Assembly: GCA_044222185.1 (NCBI GenBank)
Contig: JBGANV010000003.1
Coordinates: forward strand, 736,001-800,000
Reading direction: 5' to 3'
Length of the DNA: 64,000 bases
Origin: Planctomycetota bacterium
Lineage (GTDB): Bacteria; Planctomycetota; GCA-002687715; CAIWVZ01
Under the pieces are notes generated by a model. It made no database searches and was not told the DNA's origin. It saw only the letters and a program-made list of their open reading frames with translations. Positions 18,785-28,290 of this stretch are shown here, one piece after another; within the stretch, counting starts at the first letter, position 1; each line of letters starts with the position of its first letter. The translations under genes were made by a program, and so were the position numbers.

Positions 18785-19200
18785 CCGATCGCGTGAGGGA
18801 TGTTCGCGGCCGCAGGACACGAAATCGAAACGATCGCCGGGGCGCGACATAAGTTCTCACGAGGTCGGATCGATATACAAAAAGCACGAGCTGCGGCCAA
18901 CCCGGCCCCCCCGGGATGCGACCGCGGCGGACCTCGATCAGCCTTCTCCATCGACACGCAACTGACTTCCCTTCCCTCCTCCGCCTGAACCCAAGATCGA
19001 GGTCTCATTCTTCCGGGCGCCCCCGACGCGACGTCGGTGGCGCCCGTCTTTTTTTCTCCGCGTGCGTGCGAGTCAACGCCCGCGTCCGGGGAGAAAACTG
19101 GCGGTCGCCACGCGCGAAGATTGCGCCGCGTCCTCGCGATGGGGACCTGTAGGATCGCCACCGTTCGCCACGTCACCGAGCGACCTGAGGAAGTCACCCC

Positions 19201-20067
19201 ATGAGAATCGCATCGATCGGCACGCTGATGTGCCTCGTCATTTCAGCCCCCGCGCAGCAGGTCTGGCTGCCGAGCTCAGGCGGCAACGGCCACACCTACG
19301 AGGTCCGCGTCGTCCAGGGAGGCATCAGCTGGCTCGCCGCCTCGACGGACGCCATCGCGCGCAACGGGCACCTCGTGACGATCACGAGCGCGGCCGAGAG
19401 CGCCTTCGTCCTCTCGCTCGTGAACACACCGACCTGCTGGGTACCGAACCCGTACGGCTACAGCTTCGGACCGTGGATCGGCGCCTATCAGCTGCCCGGC
19501 TCCGTCGAGCCGAACGGCGGCTGGGTGTGGGTGACCGGCGAGCCCATGGTCTACACCAACTGGCTGCCCGGGCAGCCGAACAATTCGTGTGCGCCAGGCG
19601 AGGATCACGCGCACTTCATGGAGAACACGTACCCGGCGCGCGGGAACTCCTGGAACGACCTCGCCCCGGCTTCCTGCGGGATGCCGAGCGCCTACGTCGT
19701 CGAGTGGGACGTGAGCCTCGTCGTCGACCAGCCCCAAGGGCCCGGCACGCCCATCATCGTCACGAACCACGACCTGAACCTGGGAAGCGAGTACTTCAAC
19801 GTGTTCAGCACCGACGTGTGCGCGGGCACGGGAGCAGGGCCGTACCTGGGACTGTGCGCCAGCGGGGGCGCGGGACTTCAGCTCATTGCGCTGCAGGTCC
19901 TCGCGCCGCTGAGCACGCCGCCGTTCCACGTCCTGGCGACGTCGCCGTCGGCGTCATGGCCAGCCGTACCCAACGTCCCGCCGATCACGATCCAGGGCGT
20001 CTGCTTCGAGGTCGTCGGGGGCTCGATCGGTGAGACGTCCCGCGTCGTCACGTTCACCGTCTTCTGA
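19201..20067 (+). CDS. Secreted C-type lectin domain protein with conserved C-terminal domain
   Basis: GNGHTY, SW..A, GHLVTITSAAE, WIG, WVWVTGEP..YTNW.PGQPNN, WND; GAGGA RBS. Confidence 0.88.
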   Translation: MRIASIGTLMCLVISAPAQQVWLPSSGGNGHTYEVRVVQGGISWLAASTDAIARNGHLVTITSAAESAFVLSLVNTPTCWVPNPYGYSFGPWIGAYQLPGSVEPNGGWVWVTGEPMVYTNWLPGQPNNSCAPGEDHAHFMENTYPARGNSWNDLAPASCGMPSAYVVEWDVSLVVDQPQGPGTPIIVTNHDLNLGSEYFNVFSTDVCAGTGAGPYLGLCASGGAGLQLIALQVLAPLSTPPFHVLATSPSASWPAVPNVPPITIQGVCFEVVGGSIGETSRVVTFTVF

Positions 20068-20072
20068 CGCGG

Positions 20073-21101
20073 TCAGTTCTTCGCGTCGCCGATGAGCGTG
20101 ACCACCGGCGCATCACGCCCAGGCACCTTCAGCAGTTCCTGGGTCAGGCGCGCTTCGAACGTTGCGGCCCCGGCCTTCTTCTTGAAGCTGAACTCTGTTG
20201 GATCGCCGGGCTTCAACACGGGACCGTCAGGGAACGAGAACGGACGGGAGTCCGTACCAACGGATTTCCCGCCGACGTCCACGTGATTCACCGTTAGGAC
20301 GACGCTCCGTCCCGAGGACGCCGGCAGCGAGTGCCCGGCGTTCGAGGTCAACGTCACGACGACGTCGTCACCCTTGGTCTCGAGCTTCACGTCGACCGAG
20401 TCCGTGACCATGTCGCCCTGGCGCGCACCGGCGAATGTGTGCTTGCGACACTCGACGACGCCGATGGTGAACTCGTCCTTGATGTCGGAAGCCGTGACCA
20501 TTTTGCGCTGCACCGCGGGCATGTGACACGACTGGCACGTGTCCGTCGGCGCGCGGTTCTTGTTCGCGAGGAACGATGAGACCTGCTCGTGTTCCTTGCG
20601 CGCCTCGGCCTGGCCGTGGCAGCTCGCACACACCTTCACTTCACGGAACTCCGGCGTGGGCTCGACGCCGCCGTGGCCCGGACTCTTGAACGGGCCGTGG
20701 TAGCGGTTGCCCTTCATGTGGCACGTGACGCAGTTGACGCCGAGTTCGCGGTCGTTGACGCGACCCTTGGGGAGCGCGCCGAGGCCCGCATCCATCACTT
20801 CACGCGGCGCGTGGCAGCGGGCGCAGCTCGCGCCCTTGTCCTCGAGCGTCGCGATCGCAGCCTGAAACACCGGGTTGTCCCACGATTTCGAGTGCTGGGA
20901 CGACGACCATTCGTTGAAGTCGTCGGCGTGGCACTTCTTGCAGCTCGTCACGAGCGTCTTCATGTTCGAACGCTCCGTGTCCTGGAAGGGATCGACGAAG
21001 CCGTCGAGGCCGTCGCGTGCGGACGAACCGTCGAGTGCGCTCGAACCGAAGAACGCCAGCGCGATGGAGGCAGAGGCTGCAAGCAGAAGCTGTCGCATCA
21101 T
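20073..21101 (-). CDS. Periplasmic multiheme (5 CxxCH) c-type cytochrome
   Basis: Signal peptide; CKKCH, CARCH, CVTCH, CASCH and CQSCH; W..S.H motif typical of c554-like multiheme domains. Confidence 0.9.
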   Translation of the reverse strand: MMRQLLLAASASIALAFFGSSALDGSSARDGLDGFVDPFQDTERSNMKTLVTSCKKCHADDFNEWSSSQHSKSWDNPVFQAAIATLEDKGASCARCHAPREVMDAGLGALPKGRVNDRELGVNCVTCHMKGNRYHGPFKSPGHGGVEPTPEFREVKVCASCHGQAEARKEHEQVSSFLANKNRAPTDTCQSCHMPAVQRKMVTASDIKDEFTIGVVECRKHTFAGARQGDMVTDSVDVKLETKGDDVVVTLTSNAGHSLPASSGRSVVLTVNHVDVGGKSVGTDSRPFSFPDGPVLKPGDPTEFSFKKKAGAATFEARLTQELLKVPGRDAPVVTLIGDAKN

Positions 21102-21151
21102 GGTGAGGCGCGGATCTTACCGCGGAGACGGCGGGGAGCGCGCAGCGGAGG

Positions 21152-22177
21152 TCAGAACGTGCGGTCGACGGCTGCCGCGATGGCGCGGAGCGACGGCATC
21201 AGGTTCTGGAGTTCGTCACTCGTCAGCGCCTGGCGTCCGTCGGAGAGTGCCTCGTCCGGTTCCGGGTGACTTTCGATGAGCAACCCATCGGCGCCAGCCG
21301 CGACGGCCGCGCGCGCCGCCGACGGAACGAGCGTGGCGAGGCCCGTGGCGTGGCTCGGATCGGCGATGATCGGCAGGTGCGTGAGGCGCTCGAGCACGGG
21401 GATCGCGGCGACGTCGAGCGTGAACCGCGTGCGGTGCTCGAACGTCCGGATGCCGCGCTCGCACAGGACTACCTGGTCGTTGCCCTCGGCGAGGATGTAC
21501 TCGGCAGCGGAGAGGAACTCGTCGATCTCCGTCGCCATGCCCCGCTTCAGCAGCACGGGCTTGCGGCTCTGGCCGACGGCGCGGAGGAGGGGGAAATTCT
21601 GGATGCTGCGGGATCCGACCTGGAGCATGTCCGCGTAGCAGGAGACGAGCGGCACCTGCTCGGGCGACATCACTTCCGTGACGACGGGGATGTCGAGCTC
21701 GGCCGAGACTTCGGCGAGGAGCTTCAGGCCCTCCTCACCCAAGCCCTGGAACGAGTAGGGCGACGTCCGCGGCTTGAACGCACCGCCGCGCAGCATGCGG
21801 CCGCCCGCCGCTTTCACGGCGCGCGCGACCTCGAAGATCTGTTCACGTGACTCGACGGCGCACGGGCCTGCGATGAGCACCACTCGCCGCCCGCCGAACA
21901 CGACGTCGCGCACCCGGACGAGGGTGTCCTCGGCATGAAACTCCCGCGCGGCGAGCACGTAAGGCAGGTCCGCCTGGACCACGCCACGGACGCCCGGGAA
22001 CTCGTCGAAGCGCAAGGCGTCACCGCGGGTGGAAGGCCTGCCGGCCGGAACCCGAACCACGGTCGCGGCATGAGCGCGGGTGACCGAGGGTTCGAACCCG
22101 AACCGCTGGGCCTCGCGCACCACGGCACCGACCTGTGTTTCCGAGGCTCCGCCCTCCAGGACGACGATCATTCGCAT
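21152..22177 (-). CDS. aroF: 3-deoxy-7-phosphoheptulonate (DAHP) synthase, type I-beta with N-terminal regulatory domain
   Basis: IAGPCAVES, RGGAFKPRTSPYSFQGLG, LLKRG, CERGIRTF, DPSHATG. Confidence 0.95.
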   Translation of the reverse strand: MRMIVVLEGGASETQVGAVVREAQRFGFEPSVTRAHAATVVRVPAGRPSTRGDALRFDEFPGVRGVVQADLPYVLAAREFHAEDTLVRVRDVVFGGRRVVLIAGPCAVESREQIFEVARAVKAAGGRMLRGGAFKPRTSPYSFQGLGEEGLKLLAEVSAELDIPVVTEVMSPEQVPLVSCYADMLQVGSRSIQNFPLLRAVGQSRKPVLLKRGMATEIDEFLSAAEYILAEGNDQVVLCERGIRTFEHRTRFTLDVAAIPVLERLTHLPIIADPSHATGLATLVPSAARAAVAAGADGLLIESHPEPDEALSDGRQALTSDELQNLMPSLRAIAAAVDRTF

Positions 22178-22397
22178 CGTCCTTTCATGGCGAGTTCATG
22201 GGGGCGGCAAACCGCGGTGTGAGACATCCGGACCCGTCGAGACATTCGGCGGGATGTTAGCTGCGAGGTCCCTCTGTTCAACGCGGCGCGGCGCGGGCGA
22301 GACGGCCCGACCCGACCGCGCCCGTCGAAGGTTCGCCGGGCTGAAGCAATACGGCGCGGTGGCGGCCGTCCCGAGGGCGACGGCGCCAGCCACCGGA

Positions 22398-23705
22398 TCA
22401 GACGTGGGGCCGCGTCAGGTTCCGATGCCCGGTCGCGGTGACGACGACGTTGTCCTCGATGCGGATTCCGCCGAACGGCGCCAGGCGCTCCACGAGTCGC
22501 CAGTCGATGCTGGCCGCGTCCTTTCCCGTGCGATAGGGCCGAAGGAGCATCTCGATGAAGTAGAGGCCCGGCTCGATCGTGAAGACCTGACCCTCGGTGA
22601 TCGTCCGGGTCGTCCGGAGGTAGGGGTACTGCGGCGGCGGTGCGACGGTCCCGCCTTCGGGCCCCTTCTGGCGTCCGCTCACGTCGTGCACCTGGATTCC
22701 GAGGAAGTGACCCACGCCGTGAGGGAAGAACGGCGCCGTGAGGCCCCGTGCCACCGCCTCCTCGCCCCCCACTTTCAGGATGCCGTGTGTGTGCAGCAGG
22801 TCCCCGATCACGCGATGCGCCGCGTCCTGGATCGCGACGTAAGACAGCCCGGGCTTCACCATCGCGCAGAGCTGCTTCTGCAACGCGTCGACGCCAGCGA
22901 CGAGCGCGCGGAACGTCGGGTCACAGGCCGTCGTCGTCCACGTCCGCGTGATGTCCGAGCCGTAGCCGAGCCATGAGGCACCGCAGTCGATGAGGAGGAC
23001 TCGCCCGTCCCGCTTCGTCCGCTTCACGGTGTAGTGAAGCGTCGCGCCCTTCTCGTCGAGGGCGACGATCGTCTCGTAGGGGAGCTCGTGATCGACGCAG
23101 CCCACACCCGTCATGTACGCGTGGTGGATCTCGAGCTCGGAGGCTCCGGTGTCGAAGGCGGCCTTGGCCGCCGCGTGTCCACGAGCGGCGCGTCGGGTCG
23201 CCTCCTCGAGGCACGCGACTTCGTAGGGAGTCTTGGTGCTGCGATCCCAATCGAGACGCGCCGTCAACGCCGCCGGATTCACGTCGCCCTCCGCGACTCC
23301 GTTCGCCAGCGCCTTCGCGGGCGAAGCGCCGATGGCCGCGACGCGGCCGCTGCCACGCACGGCCTTCCAGCCCTCGTCCTCCGTCTTCACCTCGACGACG
23401 TCGAACGCGCCCGCCCAGAACGGGCTGCCGAGCGGCGACTGCTCGTACCAGTAGTCGTCCGGCGCGAACCGCACGAGGCGCGGCTGCTTGCCCGGCCGGA
23501 TCGACAAGAGGTGGAACGGTCCCGTCATGGGCACCCAGTGCGCGAAGTGCGGCGTCGCGCGATGCGGCGCGCCCTGGTCGTCGGCGAAGTACGTGAACGG
23601 CGTGCCGCTCGACAGGATGAGTCCGTCATAGCCGCACGCGGCGAGCGCCGCCTCGGCCTTCGACTGCCGTTCGGTCACGTGGGCTGGGTAGAGGGATTCG
23701 AGCAT
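22398..23705 (-). CDS. pepQ: Xaa-Pro dipeptidase (prolidase, M24B)
   Basis: LIDCGA...SDITRT, PHGVGHFLGIQVHDV, TIEPGLYF, GGIRIEDNV. Confidence 0.93.
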   Translation of the reverse strand: MLESLYPAHVTERQSKAEAALAACGYDGLILSSGTPFTYFADDQGAPHRATPHFAHWVPMTGPFHLLSIRPGKQPRLVRFAPDDYWYEQSPLGSPFWAGAFDVVEVKTEDEGWKAVRGSGRVAAIGASPAKALANGVAEGDVNPAALTARLDWDRSTKTPYEVACLEEATRRAARGHAAAKAAFDTGASELEIHHAYMTGVGCVDHELPYETIVALDEKGATLHYTVKRTKRDGRVLLIDCGASWLGYGSDITRTWTTTACDPTFRALVAGVDALQKQLCAMVKPGLSYVAIQDAAHRVIGDLLHTHGILKVGGEEAVARGLTAPFFPHGVGHFLGIQVHDVSGRQKGPEGGTVAPPPQYPYLRTTRTITEGQVFTIEPGLYFIEMLLRPYRTGKDAASIDWRLVERLAPFGGIRIEDNVVVTATGHRNLTRPHV

Positions 23706-23712
23706 GGCTGTC

Positions 23713-25941
23713 TCACTTCACTCCGACCATCCAACGACGAAGGACGGGGATGACACCGAGAAGAACGACCGCAGCGACGCCCAGCGTGATCGTGATGAAG
23801 GTGAAGAAGTCCAGGGGCTTCATCGCCTCGATCTGCTCGGCGCCGATCCCGGCAAGCTTGTTCGCGAACGCGTTCGTGAGGAACCAGACGCCCATGAGCA
23901 TGGCTGCGAAACGCGCGGGCGCGAGCTTCGTCACCATCGACAGACCGACGGGCGAGATGCACAGTTCGCCGAGGGTTTGCAGGAAGTACGCGGCCGTCAG
24001 CCACATGAAGCTCACCTGTTCGCCGCCGCTCGCCGCCTTGGCTGCGCCGATCATCAGGAAGAAGGCCAGGAACTCGAATCCGAGTCCGAGGAACATCTTG
24101 AACGCCGTCGGCGGTTCCTTCTTGCGCACCGCGAGCCACGTCCAGATGAACGCGAACACCGGGGCGATGACGATGATGCACAGCGGGTTCACCGACTGAT
24201 ACATGCTCGATTCGAACGACGTCCCGAACGCCACGTTGCGGGTCAGCTTCTCGGCGAAGATCGTCATCGACGATCCGGCCTGCTCGAAGGCGCCCCAGAA
24301 CACCATGACGAAGATCCCGATGAGGAAGATCGAGCCGACGCGGCTGACCTCCGCGCCCTTGCATCGCATCATCAGGAACGCGAACAGGCACAGGACGATC
24401 GTGCCGGCGATCGGCCACAGCATCGATCGCACGAACGTCAGCGCCTTCGGCGGGCTCACCGTCGCACGACGCTCGGCGAGCGCCATGCGCTTGAGGATCC
24501 CCGCATAGTCGAAGCGCTCGTCCTTCCCGACGACTCCGATCTTGTCTTCACAGGAACCGCGCGCGTCCTTCGTCGGGTCGTCGGACTCGAACCCTGCGTC
24601 GCGGTCCAGAACCATGCGTCCCTCGATCGTCCGCAGCGCGAACAGCCCTTGGCCCCATCCCCCGGCGGCGATCCGCAGGTCGTCGATCAGCGGTGGCGAC
24701 CAGAATGCGAGGACCTTCGCGCCGGGCGTCAGTCGGGCCTGAACGCCCGTCTGCAGGAGCTCCTTGGTCTTCTCGCCTTCCTTCTTCGTCACGCGAACCG
24801 GCACGCGGATCGTCCGCGTCGCCAGCGACTCGCCGCGATAGGAGTGGGCGACGTCGAATTCGTAGCGAATCGCGTCACGTCCACCGATGACCTCTGGAGT
24901 CGCCGCCTTCACCGTACCCTCGAACACGAGGTCGGAGACGGCGTAGAGGTCCGAGAGATCCGCCCGCTTCTGGACGGGGATCAAGGCCGCGCCGACGCGT
25001 GCGTCCAGCTGTTGAGCCTGTTCCTCCGGGGTCGCAGCGACAGCGGTCTCCTCCTGCTTCGGCTCGAGGGCCTTCATGGCCTTCGTCACCGCGAATCCGA
25101 TGCCGACGATCGCCACGAGGGCGATGATCGCCAGCTCGCGCGCTGTCAGCGGCGCACCCGTCTCCGCCTTGGTGACGTCCGCACGGGGCGGCTTCAGCCC
25201 GATCGAGCCCAGGTACTTCCGTGCGCCCCAGGAGAACACGACGAGCCCGAGCAACATGCCGATCGTCGCGAGGCCGAACCCGAGGTGCCAGAGCGGCTGG
25301 TCGTCCCGCAGCTCGGAGACGCCGAGCACCCACTTCACGATCGGCGCGAAGTTGCCGAGCCAGCCGTCCTTCATCTCGCCCCAGTAGCTCTGGCCCAGCG
25401 CTCCGCATGCCAGCGGCGCGAGGAACGCACCGACGTTGATCCCCATGTAGAAGATCGTGAATCCGGCGTCGCGGCGAGGATCGCCAGGCCGATAGAGCTG
25501 CCCCACCATAGTCGAGATGTTGGGCTTGAAGAACCCGTTGCCGACGATGAGACAGAGGAGCGCGGAGAGCATGAACCACTGGTTCGGGTGGTAGCGATCG
25601 TCGACGGACATGAGCCCGTGGCCGAGCGACATCAGAAGTCCGCCCAGGACGATGGACCGTCGCAGGCCCAGGTAGCGGTCGGCGACGAAGCCGCCCAGTA
25701 GCGGCGTCAGGTAGACGAGTCCCGCGTAGTCGCCATAGATGCCGCCTGCATAGGCACTGCTGTAGAAGATGTGCTGAAGCATGTAGAGCATCAGCAGGGC
25801 GCGCATGCCGTAGTACGAGAACCGTTCCCACAGCTCGGCGAAGAACAGGACGTAGAGCGCGCGCGGGTGACCGAACAGGGTCGGGCCGTCGACGACCGAC
25901 ACATCGATGGCAGCCGCTGGGGACTCGGAGGGGTGACTCAT
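23713..25941 (-). CDS. POT/PTR-family proton-dependent oligopeptide transporter with a large inserted soluble domain
   Basis: GHP, ELWERFSYYGMR (ExxERFxYY), GNGFFKPNIST, FYMGINVGAF, GELCISPVGLS; GGAG RBS before the ATG at 25941. Confidence 0.93.
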   Translation of the reverse strand: MSHPSESPAAAIDVSVVDGPTLFGHPRALYVLFFAELWERFSYYGMRALLMLYMLQHIFYSSAYAGGIYGDYAGLVYLTPLLGGFVADRYLGLRRSIVLGGLLMSLGHGLMSVDDRYHPNQWFMLSALLCLIVGNGFFKPNISTMVGQLYRPGDPRRDAGFTIFYMGINVGAFLAPLACGALGQSYWGEMKDGWLGNFAPIVKWVLGVSELRDDQPLWHLGFGLATIGMLLGLVVFSWGARKYLGSIGLKPPRADVTKAETGAPLTARELAIIALVAIVGIGFAVTKAMKALEPKQEETAVAATPEEQAQQLDARVGAALIPVQKRADLSDLYAVSDLVFEGTVKAATPEVIGGRDAIRYEFDVAHSYRGESLATRTIRVPVRVTKKEGEKTKELLQTGVQARLTPGAKVLAFWSPPLIDDLRIAAGGWGQGLFALRTIEGRMVLDRDAGFESDDPTKDARGSCEDKIGVVGKDERFDYAGILKRMALAERRATVSPPKALTFVRSMLWPIAGTIVLCLFAFLMMRCKGAEVSRVGSIFLIGIFVMVFWGAFEQAGSSMTIFAEKLTRNVAFGTSFESSMYQSVNPLCIIVIAPVFAFIWTWLAVRKKEPPTAFKMFLGLGFEFLAFFLMIGAAKAASGGEQVSFMWLTAAYFLQTLGELCISPVGLSMVTKLAPARFAAMLMGVWFLTNAFANKLAGIGAEQIEAMKPLDFFTFITITLGVAAVVLLGVIPVLRRWMVGVK

Positions 25942-26016
25942 GGCGATCTCCACGATCGACCATGCGGTGCGATCGTCCAGAGGGGTGGGGCGGATTCTAC
26001 TCGGCTTGGATGGGGA

Positions 26017-26607
26017 CTATCGGTTCGCGATGGCGAGCACCGCGACGAACTGCTCCGGCGTGACGGGCTGGATCGAAAGGCGGTTGGCCCGGCGGAGAAC
26101 TCCCATCTGGGAGCACACCGGATCGCTCGAAAGGTCGTCGCGCGTGACGACGCGCGGGAACGTGGCGGCATGCTTCACGTCGACCATGAACCACGTGGGT
26201 TCGTCGCGCTGCGAGTCCGGATCGAAGTGCACGTGGCCTTTCTCGAACGCCGTGTGATCCGGGTAGCCCTCACGGACGACGGTCGCGCGCCCGGCGATTC
26301 CCATGGGGTCGGCGTTGCTGTGATAGACGAGCACCTCGTCGCCGAGCTTCACGTCGTCGCGGAGCGTGTTTCGAGCCTGGTAGTTCCGGACGCCGTCCCA
26401 GAACGTCGTCTTGGCGCGGGCGAGGTCGTCGATCGAGAACGCCTCGGGCTCGGTCTTGAACAGCCAATAGCGCTTCTCGCCGGCGGGCCGGGCGACCCGA
26501 TTGGCCGCTGACGGACGCGCGGGTTTCGCTGGCGACTTCGCCGGCACCGTCCGGGGCTTGGGGTTGCGTGGTTTCGACTCGACCGACGGGCCTTTCCGCT
26601 TCTTCAC
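26017..26607 (-). CDS. EVE domain protein with a Lys/Pro/Arg-rich N-terminal extension
   Basis: YWLFKTEP, WDGVRNYQARN, YHSN, RLSIQPV. Start uncertain (GTG at 26607). Confidence 0.88.
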   Translation of the reverse strand: MKKRKGPSVESKPRNPKPRTVPAKSPAKPARPSAANRVARPAGEKRYWLFKTEPEAFSIDDLARAKTTFWDGVRNYQARNTLRDDVKLGDEVLVYHSNADPMGIAGRATVVREGYPDHTAFEKGHVHFDPDSQRDEPTWFMVDVKHAATFPRVVTRDDLSSDPVCSQMGVLRRANRLSIQPVTPEQFVAVLAIANR

Positions 26608-26763
26608 GGGGCGGATGATACACGGAGCGATGTTCGGCGTTTCGGGTGTGCAGTGGCCGTCCCGCGCCACAGTCTGAGTGGACACGTCGAGAATGGCGGA
26701 TTCCGCGCGTTTCGTGGGCCAGTACAATCCGCGCCGGCAGACGCAGGCACTCGGATCCGTCCG

Positions 26764-27384
26764 ATGACAGAGGCGCTCACTTACGAGTTCAGGCCGCTTC
26801 CCTTCTCGCAGCCCGCCCGGGCCCGTCTGGAGGCCGATCGCCTCGTCGTCCAGCGAGGCGAAACGACGGAGCGGATCGGTTTCGACGAGGTGCGCCGGGT
26901 CCACATGTCGCGTCTTGGCACCCGCACGTCATGCCAGGTGTCCACGGAGCGACGTCGGATCGCAGAGATCACGAACGCAGCCTCCAGCGACGTGCGGGAA
27001 TCGTTCGATCAGCGCATCTTCGTCCGCGTCGAGCCGGACGGTTCGATCGGCAGCGTCGACGACCGTCTGGCAGGTTTCGACGCGTTCGTCCGCGATCTGC
27101 ACGCGCGGCTGCGAGCGGCCGGAAGCGAGCCGCGATGCTTCACCGGATCGTCGGGCTCATCGTGGCGCACGGTCGGCGTGGGAGCGCTGATCGCCCTCGG
27201 CGCGGGCGCGCTCGCGGTCGTCGCGACGTGGAACGTCACCGTCGCTGCCGCATGCCTCCCGATCGTTTGCATCGTCGGCTGGGATCTGCCCGAAATCGTC
27301 TCGAGATGGCGACTCGACGGGGCCGCCGGATCGCCCCGTGAATACGATCCCGCGCACGTCGAGGCCGTACTGAGGACCCCATGA
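26764..27384 (+). CDS. Hypothetical membrane protein (PH-like N-terminal part plus two TM helices)
   Basis: MTEALTYEFRPLPF...; TACAAT -10 box at 26723; hydrophobic C-terminal helices; paralogous to the next ORF. Confidence 0.65.
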   Translation: MTEALTYEFRPLPFSQPARARLEADRLVVQRGETTERIGFDEVRRVHMSRLGTRTSCQVSTERRRIAEITNAASSDVRESFDQRIFVRVEPDGSIGSVDDRLAGFDAFVRDLHARLRAAGSEPRCFTGSSGSSWRTVGVGALIALGAGALAVVATWNVTVAAACLPIVCIVGWDLPEIVSRWRLDGAAGSPREYDPAHVEAVLRTP

Positions 27385-27772
27385 CCGAACCGCTCACCTA
27401 CGACTTCAAGCCGTTTCCATTGGCTCGACGGGTCCACCTTCGGCTGGAGGAGAATCAGCTCGTCGAGACGATCGGATCCGACACGCGGCATGTTCCCTTC
27501 GATCGGGTGTTCTGGGTGCATACGGGACGTTTCGGCCGGACGCGGGCTTGCGGGCTCGGGACGCGACTCGGCGGTGGCATCAGGTTGCAAGGGCCGATCC
27601 GTGGACCGGGCGACGCGATCCAGGCCGCCGCCTTCGACAGATTCGTCACCGCTTTGCATGCGCGACTCCTCCCCCATGGGGGACACATCCAGTTCACGAC
27701 GGGGGCATCATGCGCGTTCGCCCCATGCTGTTCCTGACGGCGTTCGCGGTGTGTTACACGGCCTTGATCGTC
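27381..27772 (+). pseudogene. Disrupted paralogue of 26764..27384
   Basis: MTEPLTYDFKPFPL...FDRFVTALHARL aligns with the upstream gene. The frame shifts at the G5 run (27701-27705); the shifted frame gives a TM helix (MLFLTAFAVCYTALIV) that runs straight into the repeat array. Confidence 0.6.
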
Positions 27773-28288
27773 GAGTTCGACGCGGGGTCCTGGCCGGGTG
27801 GCGAGACCTCCGGGCTCGCCGGATCGGCTACGACATCACGTCGCGCTGATGGCGGCCCGACGGTGGCAACTTCATCGAGCTGCATCGCGGTGCGAGATCG
27901 CGGCAGGGCTGGAGCGCCAGGATCCCCGAGTTCGACGAGGGGTCCTGGCTGGTTGGCGAGACCTCCGGGCTCGCCGGATCGGCTGCGACATCACGTCGCG
28001 CTGACGGCGGCCCGACGGTGGCTACTTCACCGAGCTGCGTCGTGGTGCGAGATCGCGGCAGGGCTGGAGCCCTGCTGATCCGGCCGCGTGAAACGCGGCG
28101 CTCCGGTTCCGAGTTCGACGAGGGGTCCTGGCTGGTTGGCGAGACCTCCGGGCTCGCCGGATCGGCTACGACCTCACGTCGCGCTGATGGCGGCCAGACG
28201 CTGGCAACCTCATTGAGCGGCATCGCGGTGCGGGCTCGCGGCAGGGCTGGAGCCCTGCCGGTCCGGCCGCGTGAAACGCGGCGCTCCG
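27773..28288 (+). repeat. Three tandem copies of a 155-183 bp GC-rich unit ending in a REP-like element
   Basis: Units start GAGTTCGACG at 27773, 27928 and 28111 and are near-identical. Copies 2 and 3 end in GGCAGGGCTGGAGCCCTG..CCGGCCGCGTGAAACGCGGCGCTCCG; copy 1 is truncated in this part. Confidence 0.92.
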
Positions 28289-28290
28289 CG

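Noticed and set aside
18631-19200. Genomic island integrated at tRNA-Met
   Set aside because: No integrase, no duplicated tRNA 3' end seen, and the flanking genes look native.
27773-28288. Possible CRISPR array
   Set aside because: Units are 155-183 bp and near-identical along their whole length. There are no unique spacers and no cas genes.
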